Of a DNA stretch of 64,000 nt, positions 1-11,547 are shown one piece after another (the first letter of the stretch is position 1; each line of letters starts with the position of its first letter). The DNA is from an uncultured Holophaga sp. Its GTDB lineage: Bacteria; Acidobacteriota; Holophagae; Holophagales; Holophagaceae. Both the position numbers and the translations under genes were made by a program. The notes beneath the pieces were generated by a model. That model was not told the origin of the DNA, ran no database searches, and worked only from the letters and a program-made list of their open reading frames with translations. The stretch lies in NCBI GenBank assembly GCA_963664825.1, contig OY761614.1:1728001-1792000 (forward strand). Direction: 5' to 3'.

Positions 1-1140
1 CGTGACATGGATCGGGAAGGGGACGGCATCGATGATCGATCGGTACCATTCCAGCTTGTCCACTACGACATCCAGAAGGCCGTTGGTGCCTTCCATGACC
101 TGGCGGAATTCGCCCGTGTAGGTCATCGCATCGCCGCGGGTGGTGAACTGCCCCTGCATCGCGTCGGCGGATACCTTGTTGAGATCCGCGAGCAGCCCGT
201 TGAGGGGAACCACGATGGCATCCAGGGTCCCGTTGATCCCCTGAACCAGCTTCCGGTACTCCCCCTGGTGCTGGTTGGCATCGGCACGCACGTTCAGCTG
301 TGCCTTGGACGCAGCCTGGACCAGCATGTCCGTATCCGCCAGCAGGGAACGAAGTGTGGCGGTCACCTGGTTCATGGCGGCCATGACGCTGGTCGTATCG
401 CCGGGTTCCGTCTGCACCTCGATGCTGAGATCCCCCGCGGCCAAGCGGCGGGCGGCATCGACAGCATCCTTCGGCTCACCCCCAACCTGTTGCTTGATCG
501 CCCGCGTCACCAGGATGCCGAGTCCGATGGCGATGGCGAAACCGATCATGATCGCGAAAATGGAGGTCATGCGGCTCTTTTCAAAAGTCGCCGCACCGAT
601 CTTGTTGGCCTCGTCGGCCCCCTTCGCGTTGTCCTCCGAGATATTCTGGAAGAGGGTCCGGATTGCGATGTAGTTGGGTCTCACTTCCGTGAGCAGGATC
701 CTCTTGGCATCCTCGATCTTGCCAGCCTCCGCGAGATCCATGACCCTCTTGATCTCGCGCTGATAGGTAGGCCAGAGCTCGTCGAACTGTTTCCACATCC
801 CCTTTTCGGCCTCGCTCGACTCCGTGGATCGTTCCTTCCTGACCCATTCCTGGAGTTCCCGGATGGCAACATCTGTCTTTTGGATTTCGTCCTGCCGTCC
901 CTTGGCGTCGGGAACAACCACGGTATAGATCACCCGCTGCTGGAGTGCCGCGAGCTGGGTCGTGCTGTTCAACAGATACCCAAGGGCGAGGGTATGGTTC
1001 GTGTAGCTGTCGCGCATCAGGCCATTGATTGAGGATGTGCCCGATAGCCCGAGGAGGCCGACGACCACGGAGATGGTTGCCACCAGCGCGAAGGAGAGGA
1101 GAAGGCGGGTGCCCAAACGGAGATTCGAAAGAGAGTTCAT
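1..1140 (-). CDS. Methyl-accepting chemotaxis protein, N-terminal part (TM-sensor-TM plus repeated HAMP-like units); truncated by window edge
   Basis: Not in ORF track (no stop in window). Manual translation from ATG at 1140: MNSLSNLRLGTRLLLSFALV... and ...VTRAIKQQVGGEPKDAVDAARRLAAGDLSIEV, paralogous to the MCP at 1743-3365; follows cheW. Confidence 0.85.
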   Translation of the reverse strand, partial: MNSLSNLRLGTRLLLSFALVATISVVVGLLGLSGTSSINGLMRDSYTNHTLALGYLLNSTTQLAALQQRVIYTVVVPDAKGRQDEIQKTDVAIRELQEWVRKERSTESSEAEKGMWKQFDELWPTYQREIKRVMDLAEAGKIEDAKRILLTEVRPNYIAIRTLFQNISEDNAKGADEANKIGAATFEKSRMTSIFAIMIGFAIAIGLGILVTRAIKQQVGGEPKDAVDAARRLAAGDLSIEVQTEPGDTTSVMAAMNQVTATLRSLLADTDMLVQAASKAQLNVRADANQHQGEYRKLVQGINGTLDAIVVPLNGLLADLNKVSADAMQGQFTTRGDAMTYTGEFRQVMEGTNGLLDVVVDKLEWYRSIIDAVPFPIHVT

Positions 1141-1201
1141 CTCTGGCTCCTATGGTGGGGTTCGATCAATGGGCAGGGCACAGCCCCGCAACGGCGACTC
1201 T

Positions 1202-1729
1202 TCAGGCTTTTCGTTCAAAACTTCCCAGTTCATCGGCGGAGAGCACGCGTTCGATATCCAGCAGGATGACGAAGCGGCCTCCGATCTTCCCCACCCCCCG
1301 GACGAAATCGGCCCGGAGCGTGCTCCCGAAGGCGGGAGCGGCTTCGATCTCGTTTTCGGAGATCTCCAGGACCTCACTCACGTGGTCCACCACGATGCCC
1401 ATGACGGTGGTCCGATCCTCTTCCTCCACTTCCAGGATGACCACGCAGGTCCGCCGGTCCGCGGCTGTGGCCTGGCGGCCAAAGCGCACCGCCAGATCGA
1501 TCACAGGGATCACGGCCCCCCGCAGGTTCATCACCCCCCTCACGGTGGGGGGGGCGAGGGGAACCTCCGTGATAGAGCCGTATTGGAGGATTTCCTTCAC
1601 GAAACGGACCTCCATCGCTAGGGCCTCGCCTCTCAGGGAGAAGGTGAGGAACTGGTTGCGCCGCTCCTCCTTCTCCCCTGGGGTTGGAAGTTGGGAGGCA
1701 CGTGTGGCGACCTGCATCGATTCCGCCAT
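1202..1729 (-). CDS. cheW: Chemotaxis adaptor CheW
   Basis: QFLTFSL...VKEIL...ITEVPLAP..VRGVMNLRGAVIPVIDL...GIVVDHVSEV. Confidence 0.95.
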   Translation of the reverse strand: MAESMQVATRASQLPTPGEKEERRNQFLTFSLRGEALAMEVRFVKEILQYGSITEVPLAPPTVRGVMNLRGAVIPVIDLAVRFGRQATAADRRTCVVILEVEEEDRTTVMGIVVDHVSEVLEISENEIEAAPAFGSTLRADFVRGVGKIGGRFVILLDIERVLSADELGSFERKA

Positions 1730-1742
1730 GCTGGACTCCAGG

Positions 1743-3365
1743 TTAGAAACGCGAGAACTGTCGGTCGTCGATGTCTTCGGTGGCGGGCCGTCGGATATTG
1801 ACCTTGGGGGAAACCGTCCGCACCTTCTTTTGGGTTCCTCCGGCGAGGCGGAAGAATTCCATGGTGTTCTGGAGCTCCTGGGCCTGGGCGTTTACCTCTT
1901 CGGAAGTGGATGCCAGTTCTTCGGAAGCCGCCGCATTCTGCTGCACGGCCTGGGTGATCTGGGTGAGGGCCCCATTGATCTGGCCCACGCCGGAATTCTG
2001 TTCGGCGGAGGCCGCGGCGATCTCCTGCACGAGGTCGGCGGTTTTCTGGATGGAGGGCACGATGGTCTCCAGTAGGCCGCCTGCCTTTTCCGCAAGCCCC
2101 ACGCTGCCCGAGGCCAGCTGGCTGATCTCTTCGGCGGCTACCTGGCTGCGTTCGGCCAGTTTGCGCACCTCGGCTGCCACCACGGCGAAGCCCTTGCCAT
2201 GCTCGCCCGCCCGGCCCGCTTCGATGGCCGCGTTCAGCGCCAACAGGTTGGTCTGGTAGGCGATGTCATCGATGATGGCGATCTTGTGGGCGATCTGCTT
2301 CATGGCCGCCACGGTCTCCCTTACGGACTCTCCGCCCTCCACGGCCTCCTTGGCGCTGCGGGTGGCGATATCGCCTGTGACCTTGGAATTCTCGTTGTTC
2401 TGGGCGATGGAAGCGCTCATCTCCTCCATGGATGCGGAGGTCTCTTCCACGCTGGCCGCCTGCTCCGAGGCCCCCTGGCTCAGGGTTTGGGCCGTGGAAC
2501 TCAGCTGGTCGGCAGCTCCCACCAGGGTCCCCGCGTTCTCCCTCACCTGGCCGATGATCTCCGCGAGTTTCGCCACCATCTCCTTGATGGAGACCATCAT
2601 GCTGGCCTTGTCCCCGGGGAGGGTCTGTACATCCACGGTCAGATCGCCGTCGGCGATATGTTTCACTACCTCTGCGGCGTAGCCGGGCTCACCACCCAGA
2701 TCTCCCGTGATGCTCTTGGTAACCACCATCGCTGCCGCCACGCCGAAGGCGATGGCCAGCACCAAAAGGATGATGCTGAGGCGCTCCGCCGAGGCTAGGT
2801 CGCTATCCACTTTTTCGCCGGCCTTCTGATTGAGGTCCGCCTCGAAATCGGCCAGTCCGGAAAGTTTGTCCACGAGGCCATTCAGGCCTGGGCGGACCTC
2901 GGAGATGCGCACCTGGTCGGCCTCAGCCTTCTTCCCCTGGTCGAGCAAGGAGATCATGCGATCGATGCCGGCCCAGGCCTTCTCTCGGCCCTCCTTGGCC
3001 TGCTTCAGAAACTCCTTTTCCTTGTCTGTGGTGTCAGCCGCGAAGGTCTCGAAGAGTTTCCAGGTCTTGGTGGAGGCCTCCAGATACTTGTCCTGGGAGG
3101 CCTTGAGGGCCTCCTTGGCCTTTTGGTAATCCTGGGGTGTGGCGGCGAGCATGAGGTCGCGGTAGCCGGTGCGGATGCCGTAGCTGGCGATGACCGTATC
3201 CTTGGCGGCGATCAACTCGGGACTATTCATCTTGACGATGTCGCTGACCTGCATGCCCGCAGAGCGCATATTGAGGTAATTCCCGGTGGCCATGACCAGC
3301 ATCAGCAGGAGGAGAAGCCCGAAAGCGGAGGCGAGCCGAACGGCGACCTTCATGTTCTTGAGCAC
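1743..3365 (-). CDS. Methyl-accepting chemotaxis protein
   Basis: Two TM segments; signalling hairpin [43 protein letters not shown] start chosen because GGAG lies 7 nt upstream. Confidence 0.95.
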   Translation of the reverse strand: MLKNMKVAVRLASAFGLLLLLMLVMATGNYLNMRSAGMQVSDIVKMNSPELIAAKDTVIASYGIRTGYRDLMLAATPQDYQKAKEALKASQDKYLEASTKTWKLFETFAADTTDKEKEFLKQAKEGREKAWAGIDRMISLLDQGKKAEADQVRISEVRPGLNGLVDKLSGLADFEADLNQKAGEKVDSDLASAERLSIILLVLAIAFGVAAAMVVTKSITGDLGGEPGYAAEVVKHIADGDLTVDVQTLPGDKASMMVSIKEMVAKLAEIIGQVRENAGTLVGAADQLSSTAQTLSQGASEQAASVEETSASMEEMSASIAQNNENSKVTGDIATRSAKEAVEGGESVRETVAAMKQIAHKIAIIDDIAYQTNLLALNAAIEAGRAGEHGKGFAVVAAEVRKLAERSQVAAEEISQLASGSVGLAEKAGGLLETIVPSIQKTADLVQEIAAASAEQNSGVGQINGALTQITQAVQQNAAASEELASTSEEVNAQAQELQNTMEFFRLAGGTQKKVRTVSPKVNIRRPATEDIDDRQFSRF

Positions 3366-3418
3366 GATCAAACTCCAAAGAAGTTGGAAAGGGATGAGGA
3401 ACGTTCTGAGGGATGCGG

Positions 3419-5605
3419 CTACTGGGGTGCCAGGAGCCTGGCAGGGGAAGTGCGGTGTTCAGAGGCCAGGGCCACCAACTGAGGTACGTCCAGGATTAGG
3501 GCCACTTCGCCGGAACCGAGGATGGTGGACCCCCCCACGCCCCGCACATTCTTGAAGAGATTGCCCAGGGGCTTGATCACGGTCTGGAATTCGCCCATGA
3601 GCTTGTCCACCACCAGGCCCGCCCGGGTCTCCCCGTACTGGACGACAATCACCCGCTCCCGGGCCGGGGCCTCTCCCTTCATCTGGAAGACTTCCCTCAG
3701 CCGAAGGAAGGGCAGCACTTCGCCCCGTAGATTGATGAGGTGGTTCTCCTCGGATTCCAGGAAGGGACCCAGATCCAGACACTCGATGACCATATCGAGA
3801 GGCACCACGTACGAGGCTCCCCCGATGCCCACCCGGAACCCGTCGATGATCGCCAGGGTCAGGGGCAGGCGGATGCGCAGGGTCGTGCCGCCCTCTTCGT
3901 AGGATTCCACTTCGATGGTGCCCCGCAGCTCATCGATATTGCGCCGCACCACGTCCATGCCCACGCCTCGGCCCGAGAGCTTGGTGACGGCATCGGCCGT
4001 GGAAAAGCCGGGTTCGAAGATGAGGCTGGTGATCTCGCTCTCGCTGAGTTCGGCCCCTTCGCGCACCAGGCCCCGCTCGATGGCCTTCTGGAGGATCTTG
4101 GCCTTGTTGAGGCCGCCGCCGTCATCGGCCACTTCGATGACGATGCTGCCGGATTCGTGGAAGGCCGTGAGGGAAAGGGAACCCGTATCGGGTTTCCCCC
4201 GCGCCCGGCGCACTTCCAGGGGCTCGATGCCGTGGTCGATGGAATTGCGGACGATGTGCATGAGCGGATCGCTCAGCTTTTCCACGATGGTCTTGTCCAG
4301 TTCGGTATCCCCTCCGTGGATCTCCAGTTCGATGGTCTTGCCCATCTCCTGGGACACATCCCGCACGATGCGGCGGAAGCGGTTGAAGGTGTCGCCGATC
4401 TGCACCATGCGCAGGCTGAGGGCGTTATCGCGGATCTCCTCCACCAGCTTATTGACGATGGTGGTGGCCTCCAGGAGCCGGGCGTCCCGGGAATTGATGG
4501 CCATTTCTGCGGCCATGGCGTTGGCCGAGGCCCCGGAGATCACCAGCTCTCCCACCAGATCCACCAGCCGATCCAGCTTGTCGGCCTGGACCTTGACGAC
4601 CTTCATCTCCTGGGCCTGGCGTTCCTGGAATTTCTTCTGCTTATCCAGGGCCGCCGCCACCAGGGGCGGGGGCACGGCCTGGTCCTCGATGAGGATATTG
4701 CCGATGCGTCGGCCCTGGATGGCGCCCTCTTCCTGGGATTCGGTCTTTTGGGTATGGAGGGCCTCCTCCAGATCCTTGGTCGTGATGCAACCCCCGGCCA
4801 CCAGGATCTCCCCCAGGAAGCGCTCGCCTTCGGGCATCTCCCGGATGAAGGCGATGTATTCCTCCACCTTGGAATGGGGAGGGATCAGGCGGATGCGGCT
4901 ATCGTCCCGCACGAATTCGAAGACATCCTCGATGGCCTGGCGCTCGGCATCGGTTTCCAGATCCAGCTCCAGGCCCAGATAGCAGCACTCCGGATCATAG
5001 GTGGCACCCAGCGGCAGGCTCTCCAGCAGCGGCACGAGATGGACGATGCGCCCCAGGGTGCCCAGGTAGCGGATGAAGGAGAGGGGATCCATGCCATTGC
5101 GCAGCACATCGCTTCCGAAGCGGATGGAGAGGTGCCAGCATTCGTTCCGGCCATTTTTCGCGTGTTCACCGGAGCGTGTGGCCAGGGAGGCCGAAGGGGC
5201 TGCGGAGGCGCCCCCGTTCTCCAGGTAGGGCACCAGGCTTCCCAGGAGTCTCTTGCTCACCTCCTGGCTCTCGGGCGCCTCCTCGACGCCCTCCTGGGTG
5301 GAGGAGATGAGGCTCTCCAGATGATCGTGGCATTCCAGCAGGATCCCGATGAGGGTTGGGTCCAGCGTGATCTGGCGGGCCCGCACCCGGTCCATGACGC
5401 TCTCCACCGTATGGGCGAAGCGCACCACCGGGTCCAGGCCGAAGAGGCCTGCGGAACCCTTGATGGTGTGGACGGCCCGGAACATGGCGTTGATGGATTC
5501 GCCCGTATCCACTTCGCCCTCGATGCCCAGGAGCGCTTCCTCCATGGCCGCCAGTAATTCTCTGGCCTCGATGATGAAGGTCTGCTTCGCCTTATCGAGA
5601 TCCAT
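3419..5605 (-). CDS. cheA: Chemotaxis histidine kinase CheA
   Basis: HPt [46 protein letters not shown]-terminal CheW domain; ATG (MDLDKAKQ) after AGGAG. Confidence 0.97.
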   Translation of the reverse strand: MDLDKAKQTFIIEARELLAAMEEALLGIEGEVDTGESINAMFRAVHTIKGSAGLFGLDPVVRFAHTVESVMDRVRARQITLDPTLIGILLECHDHLESLISSTQEGVEEAPESQEVSKRLLGSLVPYLENGGASAAPSASLATRSGEHAKNGRNECWHLSIRFGSDVLRNGMDPLSFIRYLGTLGRIVHLVPLLESLPLGATYDPECCYLGLELDLETDAERQAIEDVFEFVRDDSRIRLIPPHSKVEEYIAFIREMPEGERFLGEILVAGGCITTKDLEEALHTQKTESQEEGAIQGRRIGNILIEDQAVPPPLVAAALDKQKKFQERQAQEMKVVKVQADKLDRLVDLVGELVISGASANAMAAEMAINSRDARLLEATTIVNKLVEEIRDNALSLRMVQIGDTFNRFRRIVRDVSQEMGKTIELEIHGGDTELDKTIVEKLSDPLMHIVRNSIDHGIEPLEVRRARGKPDTGSLSLTAFHESGSIVIEVADDGGGLNKAKILQKAIERGLVREGAELSESEITSLIFEPGFSTADAVTKLSGRGVGMDVVRRNIDELRGTIEVESYEEGGTTLRIRLPLTLAIIDGFRVGIGGASYVVPLDMVIECLDLGPFLESEENHLINLRGEVLPFLRLREVFQMKGEAPARERVIVVQYGETRAGLVVDKLMGEFQTVIKPLGNLFKNVRGVGGSTILGSGEVALILDVPQLVALASEHRTSPARLLAPQ

Positions 5606-5615
5606 GGTGGCTCCT

Positions 5616-5942
5616 TCAGGAAGCGGAGGGGGAAAGGAGGATGGGATCGCCAAAGGTGGCCGTCAGCTTCAGCAGATCGAGGATTTCCAGGACTGCGGGA
5701 CTGTGGTGGGCGAGGATCAGGGTCTTGCCCTGGTTCGTCGCCTCGCGCTTGAGCCAGAGCAGGAGCTGCACGCCTGCGGTATCCAGCTCCTCAATCCCGG
5801 AGAGATCCAGGGTCTGGGTACCCGCCTTGGCCATCCGTGCCGGGATCTGGGTCCTGGCCTCGGTCGCGGTATAGATGGTGAGGACCCCTGTGAGTTTGAG
5901 GGTGGCCTGGCCGTTCAGGTGTGTGGAGTGATAGGTGAGCAT
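5616..5942 (-). CDS. STAS domain protein
   Basis: LDLSGIEELDTAGVQLLL STAS motif; position between cheY and cheA. Confidence 0.85.
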   Translation of the reverse strand: MLTYHSTHLNGQATLKLTGVLTIYTATEARTQIPARMAKAGTQTLDLSGIEELDTAGVQLLLWLKREATNQGKTLILAHHSPAVLEILDLLKLTATFGDPILLSPSAS

Positions 5943-5968
5943 CGGACCTCCATGACCAGGTTTCGGAA

Positions 5969-6337
5969 TCAGGGCAGAATGAGTTTGGAAACCGCGACCA
6001 GCAACTGATCGGGCTTGAAGGGCTTGACTACCCAGGCCCGGGCTCCGGCCGTCTGGCCCTCCTTCTTCTTCTCTTCACCGGCCTCCGTGGTGAGCATGAT
6101 CACCGGCGTGAATTTGTAGTTTGGGTGTTCGCGCACAGCCTTCAGGAAACTGATGCCATCCATGTTGGGCATGTTCACGTCGCAGACCATGAGATGGATC
6201 TTCTGCCCCGTGAGCTTGGAGAGGGCGTCCTTCCCGTCGCAGGCTTCGAGGACCTCGTACCCGGCGTTATTCAGGGCTATGGAGACCACCTGCCGGAGGC
6301 TGATGGAATCGTCGATGATCATGATGGTCTTGGCCAT
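5969..6337 (-). CDS. cheY: Chemotaxis response regulator CheY
   Basis: Single receiver domain: IIDDS, CDVNMPNMDG, MLTTE, VVKPF. Confidence 0.93.
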   Translation of the reverse strand: MAKTIMIIDDSISLRQVVSIALNNAGYEVLEACDGKDALSKLTGQKIHLMVCDVNMPNMDGISFLKAVREHPNYKFTPVIMLTTEAGEEKKKEGQTAGARAWVVKPFKPDQLLVAVSKLILP

Positions 6338-6345
6338 GGGTGCGC

Positions 6346-7530
6346 TCAGAAGAAGGTGACGTCAGAGGAGGCGGGGGTATCGGTTTCGATCCCTTTGTGG
6401 ATGGCGATCTGTTCCTGGGTGGTGTAGGTATGCTCGAGTTCGTCGAGCCAGGTCGATGTCTCGAGCCCGGTGGGGTTCACTTCCAGCTGTCCCGCCAACT
6501 TTTCCATGTCCTGGACCACGGTCCAGAGCATCTGGCTGACGCGATCCTGGAACTGGAAATGGACGAGGGCTTCCGAGATGCCCTTCTGCACATTGGTGTT
6601 GGCACCCTCCATCCCCCGGGCCGATTCCGAGATGTCGGCAGCCACTTGCTGGAATTCGGTTACCACCGTGTGGATCTTTTCCTCCGCCTCGTGGATGAAG
6701 GCATCGTCCCGTTCCGTGAATTCCCGTGCCGAGGCGAGGTTACCTTCCAGAGTCTGGCTGACGCCAGCCACCTGCTGGGAGATCTGCAGACCGGTGGCGC
6801 CGGAACGTTCCGAGAGCTTGCGCACTTCGGCGGCCACGATGGCGAAGCCCCGACCGTGTTCCCGGGCGTGGGCGGCCTCGATGGCGGCATTCAGGGCCAG
6901 GAGGTTTGTCTGGTTGGCGATGGCCGCCACTTCGGAACTCATCTCCTCCAGGGTGGTGATGGTCTGGGCCATCTCCGAGATCCGGCCCAGGAAGGCCGTC
7001 CGGACTTCCCGGGCCTCCCGGAGGGAATCCACGAGGCCCTGGAGGGTGGCCTGGCCCTGGGCGATGGTCCGGGTCACACCCTCGATCCTCTCCATCCCGG
7101 CCGCCCCTGCGGCCTGATGCAGTTCCTGCTGCATGGAAGCGAACTGGGAGGTGAGGCCGTTGATGGATTCCTCCGTCTGCTGGCGCGCTGCGCTGGTCTG
7201 ACGGGCCCAGACCGGAATGATGCCCTTCCCCAGGTGCCAGAGCGGGCTGCCTTTCCCCAGTTCCAAAGCGGGGGGCGCCGTTTCCTGCTGCCCTGAGGAG
7301 AGCACGTCACCCTCCGTCGACCGGGCATTCCAGGCCAGGAGTCCCCAGCCCAGAAGGCCCAGTAGCAGCCCTCCGAAAAGCCCTCGCAGCGGGCTTTTCG
7401 AGGCCATGCCGATGACTAGCCAAGCGCAGAGGAAGAGCGCAAAGGCTCCGAGTCGGATACCCGGAAGGCCCAAGGCTTTCAGATAAGTTTCTCTGCGTTT
7501 TCGTAAATCCACGGTCCTCACCCTTCGCAA
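6346..7530 (-). CDS. Short methyl-accepting chemotaxis protein (start uncertain)
   Basis: [40 protein letters not shown] and C-terminal FQFQDRVSQ. Confidence 0.9.
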   Translation of the reverse strand: MRRVRTVDLRKRRETYLKALGLPGIRLGAFALFLCAWLVIGMASKSPLRGLFGGLLLGLLGWGLLAWNARSTEGDVLSSGQQETAPPALELGKGSPLWHLGKGIIPVWARQTSAARQQTEESINGLTSQFASMQQELHQAAGAAGMERIEGVTRTIAQGQATLQGLVDSLREAREVRTAFLGRISEMAQTITTLEEMSSEVAAIANQTNLLALNAAIEAAHAREHGRGFAIVAAEVRKLSERSGATGLQISQQVAGVSQTLEGNLASAREFTERDDAFIHEAEEKIHTVVTEFQQVAADISESARGMEGANTNVQKGISEALVHFQFQDRVSQMLWTVVQDMEKLAGQLEVNPTGLETSTWLDELEHTYTTQEQIAIHKGIETDTPASSDVTFF

Positions 7531-7743
7531 ACAGGTTCTCGGCCTGGATGATCCGCTGCATTAATTTGCGTCACGAAATCATTAGGCCGCTAATTTTAAA
7601 TACCTTAGCGATTCCGGATGATTGGTTCAATGGTCAATAATCGACCCTCGTCGACCTGTTCCCGAGGACTGTTCAGAAGGCCTTGACCGGGTTCTCGAGG
7701 AGGTGCAGTCTAGGCGCCTCGATTCCACCCCAAGGAGACCGAT

Positions 7744-8019
7744 ATGAAGCTCCTCAGCACCGCACTCCTGATGGCGGCCACCCTGGCCTTCGCCCAGACC
7801 CCCGCCAAAAAACCGGCAACCCCCGCAGCCAAGGCTGAGACCAAGGCTAAAGCCGCTCCCACGGTGGGCGGATTTGTGGGCAACAAGGATTCCAAGACCC
7901 TCCACAGGGCCGACTGCAAGATGGCCGCCAAGCTGAAGGCCGAGAACAAGACCACTTTCGCCACCAAGGCCGAAGCCGAGAAAGCGGGCTACAAGGCCTG
8001 CAAGGTGTGCAAACCCTGA
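7744..8019 (+). CDS. Secreted small protein with Ada-type metal-binding domain
   Basis: Signal peptide MKLLSTALLMAATLAFA; FVGNKDSKTLHRADC...AEKAGYKACKVCKP; AGGAG RBS. Confidence 0.8.
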   Translation: MKLLSTALLMAATLAFAQTPAKKPATPAAKAETKAKAAPTVGGFVGNKDSKTLHRADCKMAAKLKAENKTTFATKAEAEKAGYKACKVCKP

Positions 8020-8130
8020 CCCACACCGAGTCAATCATCTTCGGCTGTGACGAACATCGCCCTGTGGACGATGCCACGCCGAGTCAATCACCGCTCTTGT
8101 CCAACACTTTCACCTTCTCGAGGAGAACCC

Positions 8131-8490
8131 ATGCGTATCGCGCTCTGTTTCGTCGCCGCTTCTTTGGTCCTGGGTGCCCAGTCGCTCGAAGAGCTGAAGG
8201 GCGCCGCCAAGGCCAAGGCCCAGACTCAGGTGGAAGCGACCAAGGCCAAGGCTGATAAGAAGGCCGATGCCGCCAAGGCCAAGGCCGATACCAAGGTAGG
8301 CAAGGCCAAGGCCAAGGCTGATGCCAAGGCCGATGCACTGCCGGTGGGGGGCGACATGGCCAAGGGTGCCACGGCCAAGGGCGAAGCCAAGGCCAAGGGG
8401 GCCGCCGAGAAGGCTCACGCCAAGACGAAGAAGAAGGCCACCAAGGGTGAAGCCAAGGCCAAGGAGGTGACCGAAAAGGTCACGAAGTAA
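8131..8490 (+). CDS. Secreted Lys/Ala-rich low-complexity protein
   Basis: AGGAG RBS, ATG at 8131, hydrophobic N-terminus, repeated AKAKAD units. Confidence 0.7.
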   Translation: MRIALCFVAASLVLGAQSLEELKGAAKAKAQTQVEATKAKADKKADAAKAKADTKVGKAKAKADAKADALPVGGDMAKGATAKGEAKAKGAAEKAHAKTKKKATKGEAKAKEVTEKVTK

Positions 8491-9574
8491 GGGCCGCCAC
8501 TCGCAGTTCGTCCTCCTGTTCCTGTAGATCCCGCAGGAGGGCGAACTGGGTGCGGGCGCGGTCCAGGTTATGCCCTTCGCGGTGGATGCGGAAGTAGGGG
8601 TCGCCTTCCAGGAAGTCCGTCAGAAAACGCAGGCCCAGGCTGTAGGCGAAGACCTGAGTGGCACCCACTAGGTTGTCTCGCTCCAGGGGACTCAAGCCCT
8701 GGGCCGTTCCTTCCAGGAAACCCCTGGCTAGGGCGCCGAACAACGTGGGGTCCACGCGCACCTTGTCGAGTTGGCGTTCGTCCTCGAGGGCCGTGCTGGC
8801 CGCGCTGCGTGCCAAGTCCCCGAAATCAAAGAGGGCTAGGCCGGGCATCACCGTATCCAGATCAATGACACAAAGGGCTTCACCTGAAACGGCGTCAAAG
8901 AGCAGGTTATCGAGCTTGGTATCGTTGTGGGTGATACGCGACCGCATCTCTCCCCGCGCGATGAAGCCCGCGAAGAATATCGAGAGGGGGCGGTTTACGA
9001 AGGCGAAGCGGATCTCCGGCACCGCCTGGTTGGCCCGGTTGAGCACATCGCTATCCACGGCGGCCGAGAAGGCCTCGAAGCGCCTCTCCGCATCATGGAA
9101 ATGCGGGATGGTGGTCTCGAGAGGAGGCTCCGGCAGATCCGAGAGGAGGCGCTGGAAGGTGCCGAAGGCCTTGGCGATTTCGAAGGCCTGGGCGGGGTTT
9201 TCGACGACCGTTCTCTCCCGGGTCCCTTCGATGAAGGGAAGGCAGCGCCAGTGGCCACCGTCCTCATCCTGCAGGAAGTCCTGCCCTTCCAGAGAGGGCA
9301 CGAGGGTGAGCACTCGGCGCTCCAGGTCGGCCTTGCCTTCAGCCTCCAGGCGGGCCCGCAGATGGCGCGTCACGCGCCCCAGGTTGGCCATGAGCCCGGC
9401 CGGATCCCGAAAGACGCTTCCGTTGATGCGCTGCAGGATGAAGCGCCGCGGGCCCTGAGGCCCAGAGGCTTCCACCCGGAAGGTGGCATTGATGTGCCCA
9501 TTGCCGTAGGGACGAACCCCACCGACATCTCCTCCCAGACGGAATCGCCGCGCGATCTCCCGTGGATCGGGCAC
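8480..9574 (-). CDS. Aminoglycoside-phosphotransferase-fold kinase (N-acetylhexosamine 1-kinase-like)
   Basis: YGNGHINAT, FILQRIN, RITHNDTKLDNLLF, VIDLDTVMPG, LRFLTDFLEGDPYF; GTG start chosen just after the AraC stop. Confidence 0.8.
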   Translation of the reverse strand: MPDPREIARRFRLGGDVGGVRPYGNGHINATFRVEASGPQGPRRFILQRINGSVFRDPAGLMANLGRVTRHLRARLEAEGKADLERRVLTLVPSLEGQDFLQDEDGGHWRCLPFIEGTRERTVVENPAQAFEIAKAFGTFQRLLSDLPEPPLETTIPHFHDAERRFEAFSAAVDSDVLNRANQAVPEIRFAFVNRPLSIFFAGFIARGEMRSRITHNDTKLDNLLFDAVSGEALCVIDLDTVMPGLALFDFGDLARSAASTALEDERQLDKVRVDPTLFGALARGFLEGTAQGLSPLERDNLVGATQVFAYSLGLRFLTDFLEGDPYFRIHREGHNLDRARTQFALLRDLQEQEDELRVAALTS

Positions 9575-9575
9575 C

Positions 9576-10436
9576 TCAGCCCTTCTTGGGGAACTGGCGG
9601 TCGTAGGCCTCCTGGGCGAACTTGCTGGGAGGTACATCGAAGCGCCGCTTGAAGGCTCGGGTGAAGGCGCTAGCGTCATAAAATCCCAGGTTAGTCGCCA
9701 CATCCGAGGGGCGTTCGCCGTCGGAAAGAAGCTGCACCGCGCGTTGGAGTCGGCGCTCGATCAGATACTGGTGGGGGGTGGTGCTGGTGGCTTCTCGGAA
9801 GAGGCGGATGAAGTGGTCCGGCGTGCAGCGAGCCAGCTTGGCGAGATCAGGCACGGAATTCGGGGAGCCGATGTGGGCCTCCATGTGGTCCAGCACCAAT
9901 TGCAGGGTGGAACGGGAGAGCCGGTAGGGGAAGCGGCCCCGGTCCTCCTTCTCCGTGAGGCGCTGAAGCTCTGCGCCCATGAGGATGAGGAAGAGTTCCC
10001 GCGTCATCAGCTGCAGGCCATCCGGATGGGCCATCTCCTGGGTGAAGATGTTGAAAAGTTGCTTGAGGCTCTGGCTGCGCAGGGCGGCAAAGCTCAGCTC
10101 CTGCCATTTGCGGGGCGGATGCTGGAGAATACTCACCAGGGGTTCGGGGAAGGGGCCGTCCAGTTGCAGCGCCGTGAAGCCGAAGGGCTGATCCGGCGCA
10201 TGCCGTTTGAGGGTGTGCCCGAAGCCCGGCAGCAGCAGCGCAAGGCTTCCCCGGGGGACGATGCCCTCCTCGTGGTCCTCGCCCGTACAGATCCGGATGG
10301 GTCCCGTGGGTAGCAGGAGGGTCCAGGAATCCCGGCTGGGCGCTGCCTTGGCGGGAATGGGATCCCGCTTCAGGGTGATCAGCCGCAGGGGGCCGCTGGT
10401 GCAGGTCTGGAGATTTTTGGGATCGTTGTTTGACAT
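9576..10436 (-). CDS. AraC-family transcriptional regulator
   Basis: C-terminal DLAKLARCTPDHFIRLFR...VATNLGFYDASAFTRAFKRRFDVPP. Confidence 0.9.
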   Translation of the reverse strand: MSNNDPKNLQTCTSGPLRLITLKRDPIPAKAAPSRDSWTLLLPTGPIRICTGEDHEEGIVPRGSLALLLPGFGHTLKRHAPDQPFGFTALQLDGPFPEPLVSILQHPPRKWQELSFAALRSQSLKQLFNIFTQEMAHPDGLQLMTRELFLILMGAELQRLTEKEDRGRFPYRLSRSTLQLVLDHMEAHIGSPNSVPDLAKLARCTPDHFIRLFREATSTTPHQYLIERRLQRAVQLLSDGERPSDVATNLGFYDASAFTRAFKRRFDVPPSKFAQEAYDRQFPKKG

Positions 10437-10562
10437 GGCCGCTGTGAAAAATCCGGAATCGGAATACAAGGAAGGATGTCACCGTTTCCTTTGGGCGTCA
10501 TGTTTTTTTCTAGGCTTCTGTTTTTTCCCGTGGGGGAAGTCTCGTTCCGAAAAGGGAAACCC

Positions 10563-11245
<683 letters not shown>

Positions 11246-11246
<1 letters not shown>

Positions 11247-11482
11247 CAGAGGACCTCGATGATGGCCTTTTCCATCACGGGATTGACCAGCAGCTTGTCG
11301 CACATGGCCTGAGCCTGGAGTCTCGCCTCCTCAGGCGTCGTGGCGGGCACCTCCAGCTCGATCATGCGCCCGATGCGCACATGGGAGACCTCGAAGGCGA
11401 AGCCGTGGAGACCGTATTCCACGGCCTTGCCTTGGGGATCCAGGATCCCGGGCTTCAATGACACCAGAACGCGCACCTTCAT
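11246..11482 (-). CDS. purS: FGAM synthase subunit PurS
   Basis: LKPGILDPQG...LLVNPVME; stop overlaps purQ start. Confidence 0.95.
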
Positions 11483-11547
11483 GCCGAACCCCCCAGGGCT
11501 TCAGTCTACCCGGGGCGCTCGGGCTTCACGGTGCCGAGGATCACGGA

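Noticed and set aside
1..7530. Chemotaxis cluster as a novel system
   Set aside because: The MCP-cheY-STAS-cheA-MCP-cheW order matches known chemosensory cluster types; no riboswitch recognised upstream
8200..8470. GCCAAGGCC repeats as a CRISPR or tandem-repeat array
   Set aside because: Explained by Ala-Lys codons of a low-complexity protein; no spacers or cas genes
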